Shown here one piece after another: positions 9,001 through 17,114 of a stretch of DNA of 46,614 nucleotides (the stretch's first letter is position 1; every line of letters begins with the position of its first letter). This DNA is from Candidatus Micrarchaeota archaeon (lineage in GTDB: Archaea > Micrarchaeota > Micrarchaeia > Micrarchaeales > Micrarchaeaceae). The DNA is taken from assembly GCA_021801905.1 (NCBI GenBank), contig JAKABJ010000001.1, positions 1-46,614 of the forward strand. The letters run 5' to 3'. The translations under genes and the position numbers were made by a program. Under the pieces are notes generated by a model, which saw only the letters and a list, made by a program, of their open reading frames with translations, made no database searches and had not been told where the DNA came from.

Positions 9001-9453
9001 TCTTTCTTTAGGGCTCATGTTGAGTATCTTTGTAATCTCTCCCTGGATTATGGTATTTGTCTCGTTTATGTCTGCTCTGTTAGCCCTCAATACATCAAGA
9101 ACCTGCTGTCTTGTAGACTTTTTGCCATTTATCCTGTATGATATTTTGTTATTTGATTTGATTATCCTTGATATCTCTAGATTTTCATCTCCGGAGAAAG
9201 ATACGGTAGTGTATGCCCGCTTAACTCCGTCTTCTTTAACAGACTTCGCTGAAGCATTTATAAGAGACTTTGCCGATGACACCCTCATTCTTCTAAGAGA
9301 TGTTTCGCCCAATGCAAAGAGGAGTGCATCGCATATGTTTGACTTTCCAGAGCCGTTAGGACCCACTACGCAGTTGAAGCCTTTGCTAAAATTTATAGTA
9401 GCATGCCTAAAAGATTTGAAATTGTGCAGAGTTATCTTATCCAAGCGGAGCAT
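6043..9453 (-). CDS. smc: Chromosome segregation protein SMC
   Basis: 1136 aa; Walker A GPNGSGKS, hinge GRASFIPL/GLITGG, signature SGGEKS, Walker B IFDEID, long coiled coils. Confidence 0.96.
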   Translation of the reverse strand: MLRLDKITLHNFKSFRHATINFSKGFNCVVGPNGSGKSNICDALLFALGETSLRRMRVSSAKSLINASAKSVKEDGVKRAYTTVSFSGDENLEISRIIKSNNKISYRINGKKSTRQQVLDVLRANRADINETNTIIQGEITKILNMSPKERRVLIDIAAGIKEFDDKKDAATKELEKVEGKINEANIMLSERGAFLSELEKEKIDAERYTELQSKIKRITYTILKAREAEINKEYSKYVADYEKLATRKKSLEAEQKKLEDELSSAISYKDKISKKMNEGSIEVGTANRVLDEINANIKIKEALIKQLEESLIKSKDKEKGLAYELSKTKEQIDLNSQNLAILKSDLSIIEKKLEKYPVAEEGDREVMLKYSQLQKNLLEVDSTISELNAEHLSSNAELHMLESTKKEAESRSKELSNIINETSTAENLLEDKIKKISAELESKSKEVKSLEKTQVELKTAYDKVEADIISIREQLALSGRSQNRITPILNSSIKKGFYGKVSELFSCDEEYSIAVYAALGNRLNYYVVESIAIATQAIEIIKQKNLGRASFIPLNEINSFQTAKEGRNIPLINYVTFDEKYRKAFEFVLANTYLIDNINSLSKKEINKHRFVTREGEVLEQSGLITGGKFTMQQLPAALESRFAKLSNEKTELNKKIADLDKEIQSYKKEVYILEQDAIQAASELKHTRSDKERINAEIMEKKEALKSSEKRIIDLSKMQSDVAGKKIELEKRKEAIKTELDRLYHAINDHAASKSKKEAEESAEELKEMRHSAEKIRIKIAELEKENEMNSSRNASISSEIKEEGALIKELQVKISDAEKTILEYGKHKAEVQSKINAHGTASEKLLKEVQAADEKISKLGFDKGKISSDFDKIEREIIETEGKRSQLQTRLSDIKAELISYQTIQEVDYKSVEELERQSTECKHEIDLLGNVNLKAPEAYEQRKKDLDEAKIKMDILDREKTAILSMISEIESKKLSVFNQTLDEVNQTFKRLYSTVFDIDAYIYLDGEKDDPFNSKLMFSIKKGARKKNDESMSGGEKSILMLSLIFSVQMRKPMSFYIFDEIDVALDKENSKKLSKLIRELSKASQFIVVSHNDSLITMAEAAIGVAMQDSYSRAVGIEMINQSGVTVGKK

Positions 9454-9606
9454 TCTTACACCAGACTGGTCGATGCTGGTAATATAATTTAGATGGTTGT
9501 TAGGTTATTTATTCCTTTTGATTTTAGCGAGAGTCAAAATAGGACATAGATTTCCTAGAAAAACGAGCATAAACGCATGCACGGCAAATATCGGGCATCT
9601 ATAAAA

Positions 9607-10707
9607 TTAGGATTGATTTTTCCCTTTTGATTTTGAGAGGTATATCTGCATTGCAGCATATATGTTGGGAGCGTAAAGAACTCCAGATATTTTCCTCCCT
9701 TTAGTTATAGCAAGAAGGTTTACTTCGTCTATTTGCATCATGTCTAGCGCATTGGAAAGCTTTAAGCTCTCTTTTATTTGAGGGACTTCTGTCTTGAAGA
9801 GATCCATTATGCCATTTTTGCTCGAATAACTGTAATTCTTGAACTTTTGGACGTCGCCAAACATGGCGTATATCTTTCCATCTTTTCTTGCCAGGAGCAG
9901 TGTTGAACCTTTGCTTACCATTTTCCTGTATAATGCATTTATGCTGGTTTTGCGATTTACAAGAATAAAGTTGCGGGTCATCATGTCGCGTACGCTCAGT
10001 CCAGCTGCACCATCTTTGAATTCAGCATTCTGCAGTTCTGCCCTTGCACCCTCGTATAGGAAAAGGGCTATGATTAAATCCCACAACACTATGAATTCCC
10101 TGTATGAAAAGGTAACGTTTTTTATTGCTGCAGAATAGATTACTGTACCAATTATAAACAATATTATAACAGCATTGCTGGCTTTTACAGTAATTTTTGT
10201 TGCCTCTAAAAAACTATGTTTCATTTCAAGATAGCTTCTTAAAACCCTGCCGCCATCTAATGGGAACCCTGGCAGGAGATTGAATATTCCTAAAAGCAGG
10301 TTTATCTCAAAAAGGAACTGCAGCGCTTGCCCGAGCAAGCCTCCAGGGAATACTAAGTATAATGGAAAGAAGATAATTCCGAGCACTATGCTAGTCACAG
10401 GCCCGGCTACGGATATTTTGAATTCCAGCCTTGGCTTTACTTTATTTAGATTTATCACAGAGGCGCCGCCTATAGGCAGCAAAATTATTTTCTTCACCTT
10501 TATGCCATTCCTGAGCGCAGTTATGGAGTGCGCAAGTTCGTGTATGAGAACGCATATAAAAAGAAGGACAATCAATGAGAAAAGGAAGACGCCTCCTGAA
10601 GCGGTGATTAAAAGGATAAATGCGAGCAACATTAACCCTAGGAAGGTCCAGTGAAGCTGGACTGGTATGCCCATTATTTTGCCTATTGTTGGTGAAATTG
10701 AGGCCAT
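9607..10707 (-). CDS. Site-2 protease (M50) with C-terminal CBS domains
   Basis: HELAH, AGP, FNLLPGFPLDGGR; CBS-like C-terminus starting at VRDMMTR. Confidence 0.92.
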   Translation of the reverse strand: MASISPTIGKIMGIPVQLHWTFLGLMLLAFILLITASGGVFLFSLIVLLFICVLIHELAHSITALRNGIKVKKIILLPIGGASVINLNKVKPRLEFKISVAGPVTSIVLGIIFFPLYLVFPGGLLGQALQFLFEINLLLGIFNLLPGFPLDGGRVLRSYLEMKHSFLEATKITVKASNAVIILFIIGTVIYSAAIKNVTFSYREFIVLWDLIIALFLYEGARAELQNAEFKDGAAGLSVRDMMTRNFILVNRKTSINALYRKMVSKGSTLLLARKDGKIYAMFGDVQKFKNYSYSSKNGIMDLFKTEVPQIKESLKLSNALDMMQIDEVNLLAITKGRKISGVLYAPNIYAAMQIYLSKSKGKNQS

Positions 10708-10759
10708 ACAAACATCAAAAATCTATATGTTAATATATTTGGACTTCAATTTAATGCTT

Positions 10760-11509
10760 ATGGGAAGATATGAGGTAAGGATGCTCTACAATAAAGCAGC
10801 CATATTGCTGAAAGGCAAAGAAGGCTCTTATATAGTTGTAGGAGACCTCCATATAGGAATGGAAAGGAAACTTAGAGATAAGGGAATAACACTGCATACG
10901 GCAACTGAGAGCATGGCATTAAGCTTGGCAAAAATTGCAGAAGATAATGATGCTCGTAAAATAGTAATCCTTGGAGATATTAAGGAGAGCATTTTGAACC
11001 CCGACTTAGTTGAACGCTCTTTGATTACTGATTTTTTCAGAAAGCTATCAAGATTTGATATAGTAATAACGCTAGGAAATCATGATTCTAGGCTTGATGA
11101 GATTGTTAAAGAAGATATGCGCGATGAACTGCTGCTAGACAATATTGCGCTTCTGCACGGGCATGCGTGGCCGTCAGCTGAAGCAATGCAAAAAGGGTAC
11201 TTAATAGCTGCGCATAATCACATTGCTATGTCATTTGGGAAATATCATGAAAGCCACAAAGCATGGCTTGTAGCAAATTTGAACTATGAGAATGCCTCAA
11301 AATTCTATAAAAAGATAAACAAGGGAATTAAACTCATAGTCATGCCCGCATTCAATGATCTAATAACAGGCATGCCGGTAAATGAGGTTCGTGAAAAGAA
11401 TATAAGCCCGCTTTTCAGGAACCACATATTTGATTATGACAATTCCGCAATTTATTCTATGGATGGCATGCTAGTGGGCAGTCCGGCTTCAATAAGAGAA
11501 TACAGATAG
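10760..11509 (+). CDS. Calcineurin-like metallophosphoesterase (COG1407-type)
   Basis: GDLHIG, LGD, GNHD, HGH, AHNH, MPAFN. Start moved to ATG 10760 to avoid overlap with the divergent gene. Confidence 0.85.
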   Translation: MGRYEVRMLYNKAAILLKGKEGSYIVVGDLHIGMERKLRDKGITLHTATESMALSLAKIAEDNDARKIVILGDIKESILNPDLVERSLITDFFRKLSRFDIVITLGNHDSRLDEIVKEDMRDELLLDNIALLHGHAWPSAEAMQKGYLIAAHNHIAMSFGKYHESHKAWLVANLNYENASKFYKKINKGIKLIVMPAFNDLITGMPVNEVREKNISPLFRNHIFDYDNSAIYSMDGMLVGSPASIREYR

Positions 11510-11524
11510 TTTTCTGTTGCGCGC

Positions 11525-11701
11525 TCATTCCTCTTTTAATATCGTTATTGGTATGACCTCTTCTTTAAACTCCAATTCTGCAAGATCTATTGGATTTATG
11601 GTACCTTCAGGAACTTTAATCAGAGGAGGGGCTCCATAAGCGAGCTGAAGCGCTCTTGCGCCTATTATTCTTGCCTTTTCATATTTTGAATATTTTTCCA
11701 T
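11525..11701 (-). CDS. rpoK: DNA-directed RNA polymerase subunit K (Rpo6)
   Basis: YSKYEKARIIGARALQLAYGAP...PITI; likely start ATG 11701 after a GGTGG SD. Confidence 0.95.
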   Translation of the reverse strand: MEKYSKYEKARIIGARALQLAYGAPPLIKVPEGTINPIDLAELEFKEEVIPITILKEE

Positions 11702-11712
11702 TTTGCCACCAG

Positions 11713-13152
11713 TTATATTGGATTTGGTTTGAATTTCTCTTTGGCTTCCTCCATGTTTGCAGATACTTTTTCTTTCCATGCAGCAAATTCCCTAATATTT
11801 TTAGGGTAATGCTCATAGATTGCATTAAGCTCTTTCATCTTCTTTACAACATATAGAAGGTTCTGGAATGCTTTTATGTTGGAGGCCCCTTTGAGTATAA
11901 GCTTGGCTTTTGACGCAAGGCTCAATTCAGGCACAATGCCATAGCTAAGATCTTCTGCTTCCTTTGCAGTCAAAAACATCCTCATCCCATAATTTATCGT
12001 ATTATTGTTCAAGGATTGCAGATATGTCCTGAATACCTCAAGCCCTGCGGTTTTCTTTCCATATGCCTCATTGAAATCGATATTATAAGACCACAATGAC
12101 TCCAAACTCACATCGCCATTGCTTAGCGCCCTTGAAGCCGCCTCGCCTGCAAGTATTCCTGAAACCAGGGCTGGGCCTATACCTCCGGCGCTTATTGGAT
12201 TTGGCATTGCCATGCTGTCGCCAGCGCCTATATAACCATTGAAAACCATGCAGTCTAATTGCCTTCTTACTGCAACCGACCAATAGCCTTTACCATTGTT
12301 GTTTTCATTATGCAGAACTGGGTTTTTAATTACAGGGTTATGCTTTACGTATTCATCCATAAGGGTGTGCAAAGTGTCGTTCTTTCCCAATTTTTTGTTT
12401 CTTATTTCTAAGCTTTCTTTCTGTACCCCAATGCCTATATTTACGCGTGTGCCTTTCTTGGGGAATACCCATCCATAACCTCCAGGGGCCCACTCTTGAT
12501 TTAGATGTATGAGGGCGTTCTTAGGATCGTAGAACCTATCGTCTACATGATCTGCTTCAAAATCGTATATGTACCTGCCTGTTGACTCTAAATCGGAAAC
12601 ATCCACAACTTTATCTATGTAGGGATTATCAGGCAGCTTTCTCCTCAAAGTAGTTGCGACTCCTAATGCATCTATAACTATTTTTGCCCTTATTTCCTTG
12701 TGCTGCTTCTCTTTATCCTTACCAAATATTCCGACCATGTAGTTATTTTCTAATATCGGGCCCTCTACCTCAAATTCAGAGATATACTCTGCTCCGCTTT
12801 TCCTTGCTTCCTGCATAAGCTTCTGCTCAAATGCGGGTCTGTTGAGAACGTATCCCGCCCCTTCGAAAGGGATCTTATATTCAAGATCAGGAGACAGCAC
12901 AAGAACTCCGTCAACTTTTACATCGAGTTCTGGATAATCAAAACTTAACCCTATTTTTGACTTTATGAACTGAAGGTGTGCATCCGCAACAGCGTCTCCG
13001 CATACCCAGCCCCAATTGGTCTTTTTGCCTACTTCTTGTTCTTTATTTCTATCTAGAAGCAGCACGTTTAGGCCTTTCTTCGCAGCTACAGCAGCAGCCA
13101 AAGAACCAGCCATTCCAGCTCCTGCGACTATTACATCGTATTTTTCTTTCAT
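11713..13152 (-). CDS. Geranylgeranyl reductase-family flavoprotein (digeranylgeranylglycerophospholipid reductase-like)
   Basis: GAGMAG FAD motif, CGDA, PGGYGWVFP, GD...NPISAGGI. Confidence 0.85.
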   Translation of the reverse strand: MKEKYDVIVAGAGMAGSLAAAVAAKKGLNVLLLDRNKEQEVGKKTNWGWVCGDAVADAHLQFIKSKIGLSFDYPELDVKVDGVLVLSPDLEYKIPFEGAGYVLNRPAFEQKLMQEARKSGAEYISEFEVEGPILENNYMVGIFGKDKEKQHKEIRAKIVIDALGVATTLRRKLPDNPYIDKVVDVSDLESTGRYIYDFEADHVDDRFYDPKNALIHLNQEWAPGGYGWVFPKKGTRVNIGIGVQKESLEIRNKKLGKNDTLHTLMDEYVKHNPVIKNPVLHNENNNGKGYWSVAVRRQLDCMVFNGYIGAGDSMAMPNPISAGGIGPALVSGILAGEAASRALSNGDVSLESLWSYNIDFNEAYGKKTAGLEVFRTYLQSLNNNTINYGMRMFLTAKEAEDLSYGIVPELSLASKAKLILKGASNIKAFQNLLYVVKKMKELNAIYEHYPKNIREFAAWKEKVSANMEEAKEKFKPNPI

Positions 13153-13506
13153 AGATAAACACCTCTGCAGTGACTTATAGAATAATTAGTCACCTATATT
13201 AGTAAACAGCCATATTTAAAATTTTGCATTTTTAAAGCCTTGGACAAAAATCAAGCAGGCCCAATCCAGAACAGGTTATAGAGAACTGCGATGCGGGCAC
13301 CACTTCTGTAAGATTAACGGATGGAGATAAATTATCCATAATATCTGGATAATCGCTCTCGCGGAGCACGTTCATCTGAACCATGAATAATGAGCGGGCA
13401 AGGCATATAAGCAACTAGTGTTTGAATTTTACGTAAGTCCGAACTGTGGTGTGGCCTCAGTTTATGCTGCACCAGCTTAAATGGCATTGTCGTCGTAAAT
13501 TAGATG

Positions 13507-13609
13507 TGCAGGGGGAGAGATTCGAACTCTCGAAGGCACTAGGCCACAGGATCTTAAGTCCTGCCCATTTTTCTGTGGCTTTCGCCAGACCAGACTCTGG
13601 AACCCCTGC
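13507..13609 (-). tRNA. tRNA-Leu(TAA) with a 19-nt D-loop intron (13570-13588, position 20/21)
   Basis: Acceptor GCAGGGG/CCCCTGC-A, anticodon arm CAGGA-CTTAAGA-TCCTG, long variable arm, T arm GAGAG-TTCGAAT-CTCTC. The insert forms a bulge-helix-bulge. No encoded CCA. Confidence 0.93.
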
Positions 13610-13661
13610 ATTTATGGGCTATTGTACACAGTATATTAATAGTATGATAGGCAACTGCACT

Positions 13662-14405
13662 TTATGCATACATAGATTGCGTGCCAGAGCCACCAATTGA
13701 ATTTCTGTGCGTATCCTGCATTTCTTTGCTCTTTTTAAGCAGCTCTCTTATTTTAGCGTCTACCTCTTTTGCTTCATTTTCCAATTCTGTTACGTCTATA
13801 TTTAACTTTAGAATTTTATTTATGCTGTTTATTGCAAACTCTGCGCATTTGGGGTTTATTATGCTTGGATCTACAGGGACAAGTATAGTAATATTAAGGA
13901 TTGAATCAAGCGCAGACAAAAGGATTAGCCTTGCGCTCACACCTGTAGAAACTCCTTCTATGACCGGCTTGAGGCCTTCATTTTCTGCTTTTTCCTGTGC
14001 TTCTTTAGTAGATGTAATTGCATATACAACACTGTTATCTGGCATATTTTTGGATGGCATACCTCCTATGGATATTATATCTTTCATATCGTTCGATTTA
14101 AACATCGCGTATATTTTTTCTGCTAATGGAGAGGCCAGGCTTACAGGAATTGCGAATTCTGCGAACATTGCCACTATCTTCTTTTTGCTGGAATAGTATA
14201 TCCTTACAGGAGGAAGAGGTTGACCGTTATGAATTGATACAAGGGGCGGAAACTCTTCGCACTCTATGTAGCCCACATATTCCATGTTAAGTTTATCTAT
14301 TATGTAGCTGACGGCCATGGGCCCCACCAAGCCTATTCCAGGAAAGCCTTCTATCAGAGTGGCTCCTTTCATATCGACATCCTTCACTAATTTTATCTCG
14401 ATCAT
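13662..14405 (-). CDS. PAC2 family proteasome assembly chaperone-like protein
   Basis: LIEGFPGIGLVG, FPP, PVRIY, SIGG, C-terminal MYA (HbYX-like). Confidence 0.9.
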   Translation of the reverse strand: MIEIKLVKDVDMKGATLIEGFPGIGLVGPMAVSYIIDKLNMEYVGYIECEEFPPLVSIHNGQPLPPVRIYYSSKKKIVAMFAEFAIPVSLASPLAEKIYAMFKSNDMKDIISIGGMPSKNMPDNSVVYAITSTKEAQEKAENEGLKPVIEGVSTGVSARLILLSALDSILNITILVPVDPSIINPKCAEFAINSINKILKLNIDVTELENEAKEVDAKIRELLKKSKEMQDTHRNSIGGSGTQSMYA

Positions 14406-14573
14406 TCAATCTAACCTCAATCTCAAGCAAAATTATTAAATTAGCCGATTTAGCTTGCTTGGGAGTTTTCGCCATACCTTAGAATAATGCCTTAAACTGC
14501 ATCCCTCCGATCTGCGCATTAAGGCTTTTCCAGAATTGTTATAAATCGGTCTCTTTTTTCTCGACGATACCTA

Positions 14574-14605
14574 TTTAAATTTAATGACGGATATTATAAT
14601 GGTGA
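14574..14605 (+). promoter_or_regulatory. TATA box (TTTAAAT, 14574-14580) and SD (GGTGA, 14601-14605) of the small basic protein gene
   Basis: Canonical archaeal spacing ahead of ATG 14610. Confidence 0.6.
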
Positions 14606-14609
14606 AATT

Positions 14610-14834
14610 ATGGCACAAAGAGTAGGAAGCGAAAAGGTAAGTAGAGAAGACGGTTATCTTTACTACCTAGGAAAGGACGGGCATGTATGGAAGACGCCTA
14701 TGAGAACAAACAAGAGGGGAAGGAAGGCAAAGGTCACAGATGAAGTCGTAAGAAGAGAGGAAGGGTATCTCTACTTTATAGACAAAGGAGGATATGTGGC
14801 AAGAGCAAAGATGAACAGGAAAGGAAGAAAATAG
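14610..14834 (+). CDS. Small basic protein with an internal duplication (putative nucleic-acid-binding)
   Basis: 74 aa, K/R-rich; repeats REDGYLYYLGKDGHVWKTPM / REEGYLYFIDKGGYVARAKM; has its own TATA, SD and T-rich end. Confidence 0.85.
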   Translation: MAQRVGSEKVSREDGYLYYLGKDGHVWKTPMRTNKRGRKAKVTDEVVRREEGYLYFIDKGGYVARAKMNRKGRK

Positions 14835-14850
14835 TTCTTTCGTCTTTTTT
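14835..14850 (+). terminator. Oligo-T archaeal terminator
   Basis: TTCTTTCGTCTTTTTT immediately after the stop, ahead of a convergent gene. Confidence 0.5.
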
Positions 14851-14867
14851 AATGTTGCGAAGCCAGG

Positions 14868-15272
14868 CTAAATGCCGAACTTTGCAACATCTTTTATTTT
14901 TATTTTATTTCTCTTTATGAATCCTGAATTGAATTCTATAACGTATCTGGATGGCTTTTTAGGCCTGAATGAGGAAAAATCAAACCTTGCAGAAGGCATT
15001 GCATTCTCAACAAAATCCACAACTCTTTTGTTTTTATCGCACCATACAATATCTATAGGAAACTTCATATTCCTCATCCAGATAGGATGGTAGCCATCAT
15101 TAGGAAAGAAGAAGGACATGCACTCATTTGGCTTCATTCCATTCCTAAACATTAAGCCGATAGTCATCTTGCGCGGAGTGTCAGCAATGAAAGAGTTCAT
15201 TTTTTTATTGCCGATAATTATCATTTTTTTCTTGAAATCAACTCCTTTTGACAATAGAAATAAGATGCACAT
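14868..15272 (-). CDS. DUF192 family protein
   Basis: IADT...GLMFR, IWMRNMKFPIDIVW, YVIEFNSG; start uncertain. Confidence 0.88.
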   Translation of the reverse strand: MCILFLLSKGVDFKKKMIIIGNKKMNSFIADTPRKMTIGLMFRNGMKPNECMSFFFPNDGYHPIWMRNMKFPIDIVWCDKNKRVVDFVENAMPSARFDFSSFRPKKPSRYVIEFNSGFIKRNKIKIKDVAKFGI

Positions 15273-15276
15273 TTTA

Positions 15277-16899
15277 TCATTTTGTAATTGAAATGCTTTG
15301 CTCCCTCATAAACTGCTGGAGGTAGAACTTGCTTCCGGAACCTTTCCCATTTATGCTGCTTCCTTTCCAACCCACAAAAGTATGCAAACCGACTATTGCA
15401 CCAGTAGTTGCGCTAGTCTGCCTGTTTACATAAACAGTGCCGGCCTCTATGCGGTTGGAAAATTCTTCAATCTCCTTCTTTTTCTTGCTGTACAGCGCTG
15501 CGGTAAGACCATACTTGGTGTCGTTTGCCATTTTTATGGCATCGCCAAACTCCTTGTAACTTTCTACTATCAAAATAGGTACGAATAGCTCTCTTTGGAC
15601 CAGTTCATTAGAATGCTTTGCCTCTATTATTGCCGGCTCTACGTAATAGCCTGATGGATTTACGTTTATCTTGTTGCCCCCATATAAGACCCTGCCATTG
15701 GCTTTTGCTTGGTTTATTGCTTCAACATATGTATTAAACGCGTTCTTGCTTATAAGTGGCCCAAGGTAATTTTCTTTTTTGATAGGATCTCCTATCTTCA
15801 TCTCTCTGGCTTTTTCTATAAGCTTGCTTATGAACTGCTCTTTGATAGATTCGTGTACGTATACTCTTGAGGTTGCACTACACTTTTGGCCGTCGAAACC
15901 AAATGCTGCGCTTGAAATTCCTGATGCTGACTGGTCTAAATCTGCATATTTTGAGACTATTGCTGGGTTTTTTCCTCCCATCTCAACTATGAAAGCCTTC
16001 TGAAGCCCCATAGAGTATGCCTTTGTAATCATCCCGACCCCCACCTCCCTTGAGCCAGTAAAAACAATTCCAGAAACATTAGGATTTTCTACAAGTTCCT
16101 CTCCTACTACGGAGCCAGGGCCTGAAACATAGTTAAAAACCCCGTCTGGAACCCCTGCCTCTTTAAGATATTGGTATATTTTTATGCCTGTCAGCATGGT
16201 CATGCTGTCTGAAGAAGAGGGCTTGAAGACAACAGTGTTTCCGGTTATCATTGCCCCTACACTCATTCCCGTGCTTATAGAAACAGGAAAATTGAAAGGG
16301 GCTATTACGCCAAATACTCCATAAGGGACCATCCTTATCATGACTTTTTCCTCGCTTGAAGAAGGTGCACCTTGGAAACCTGCATTTACTCTTGCTTTGC
16401 TTGCCTCCATTTTGGTTTTCCTTATGTAGCCCTTGTTGATCTCTATCTCATTTGCGTAGTAGTTCATGAAGTCTATTGCCTCATCTACTTCGCCTATCGA
16501 CTCATATCTGGACTTGCCATTTTCATAGCTCAGTATGGCTGCCATCTCGAACTTATTTTTAGAGAATATCTCAGCCGCTTTTCTGAATATAGATGCCCTT
16601 TCTTTATATGAAATATTGCTCCATGTGATAAATGCATTATGTGCAGCTTCTATTGCAGCCCTTGCATCTTCCCTTGTTCCTTTTTGAAAATAGCCGATTA
16701 CAGTTGTGTTATCTATTGGGGTTTTTTCAGCTATGCTTTCACTTGAGAAAACTTCTTTACCGTTTATATACATAGGATATTTCTTGCCGAATTGCGATGT
16801 GATTGATTTTATCGCAGATTCAAAAAGGGAGTCAAATTCCGCCTCTTTGCCAGACTCACAGAATCTTTTATATGTTGATTCGTTTGAGAAACCTGGCAT
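15277..16899 (-). CDS. Aldehyde dehydrogenase, 1-pyrroline-5-carboxylate dehydrogenase-like
   Basis: FSNE N-terminus, EAIDF, PFNFP, FTGS, EMGGKN, GQKCSATSR. Confidence 0.85.
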   Translation of the reverse strand: MPGFSNESTYKRFCESGKEAEFDSLFESAIKSITSQFGKKYPMYINGKEVFSSESIAEKTPIDNTTVIGYFQKGTREDARAAIEAAHNAFITWSNISYKERASIFRKAAEIFSKNKFEMAAILSYENGKSRYESIGEVDEAIDFMNYYANEIEINKGYIRKTKMEASKARVNAGFQGAPSSSEEKVMIRMVPYGVFGVIAPFNFPVSISTGMSVGAMITGNTVVFKPSSSDSMTMLTGIKIYQYLKEAGVPDGVFNYVSGPGSVVGEELVENPNVSGIVFTGSREVGVGMITKAYSMGLQKAFIVEMGGKNPAIVSKYADLDQSASGISSAAFGFDGQKCSATSRVYVHESIKEQFISKLIEKAREMKIGDPIKKENYLGPLISKNAFNTYVEAINQAKANGRVLYGGNKINVNPSGYYVEPAIIEAKHSNELVQRELFVPILIVESYKEFGDAIKMANDTKYGLTAALYSKKKKEIEEFSNRIEAGTVYVNRQTSATTGAIVGLHTFVGWKGSSINGKGSGSKFYLQQFMREQSISITK

Positions 16900-17058
16900 A
16901 AAAATCGCTTTAACATTCTATATTATGGCAATAAGATTATTATTGGTTAAGTTTGTTGGCATTTCTCGCATGAAACTTTTGCAGCCAAAATGATATTTTA
17001 ATTTGCTATTTTTTAATGTGCAGAATTTGTAAAGCCATTACCCGCTTCGAAAGATAGC

Positions 17059-17103
17059 TTTTAAATACCATGTGCAGCACTATGATTATAACTGAGTTAT
17101 AAT
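17059..17103 (+). promoter_or_regulatory. suf promoter: TATA (TTTTAAATA, 17059-17067) and perfect palindromic operator ATTATAACT-G-AGTTATAAT (17085-17103)
   Basis: 9-bp perfect inverted repeat with a 1-nt spacer, covering the expected transcription start and ending 11 nt before the sufB ATG. Confidence 0.75.
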
Positions 17104-17114
17104 TAGTTGATAGT

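Noticed and set aside
9513..9544. Hairpin TCC-TTTTGATTTT-AGCG-AGAGTCAAAA-TA-GGA between the M50 gene and smc
   Set aside because: A single AT/GU-rich stem with no other support
6043..11509. SMC plus nearby phosphoesterase as a Rad50/Mre11 or Wadjet-type defence system
   Set aside because: The protein has a true SMC hinge and no CxxC hook. The phosphoesterase is divergent, separated by the M50 gene and COG1407-like. No jetABD genes are present.
13446..13700. 84-aa ORF here, and a 105-aa ORF at 23555-23872
   Set aside because: Both run antisense across tRNA genes
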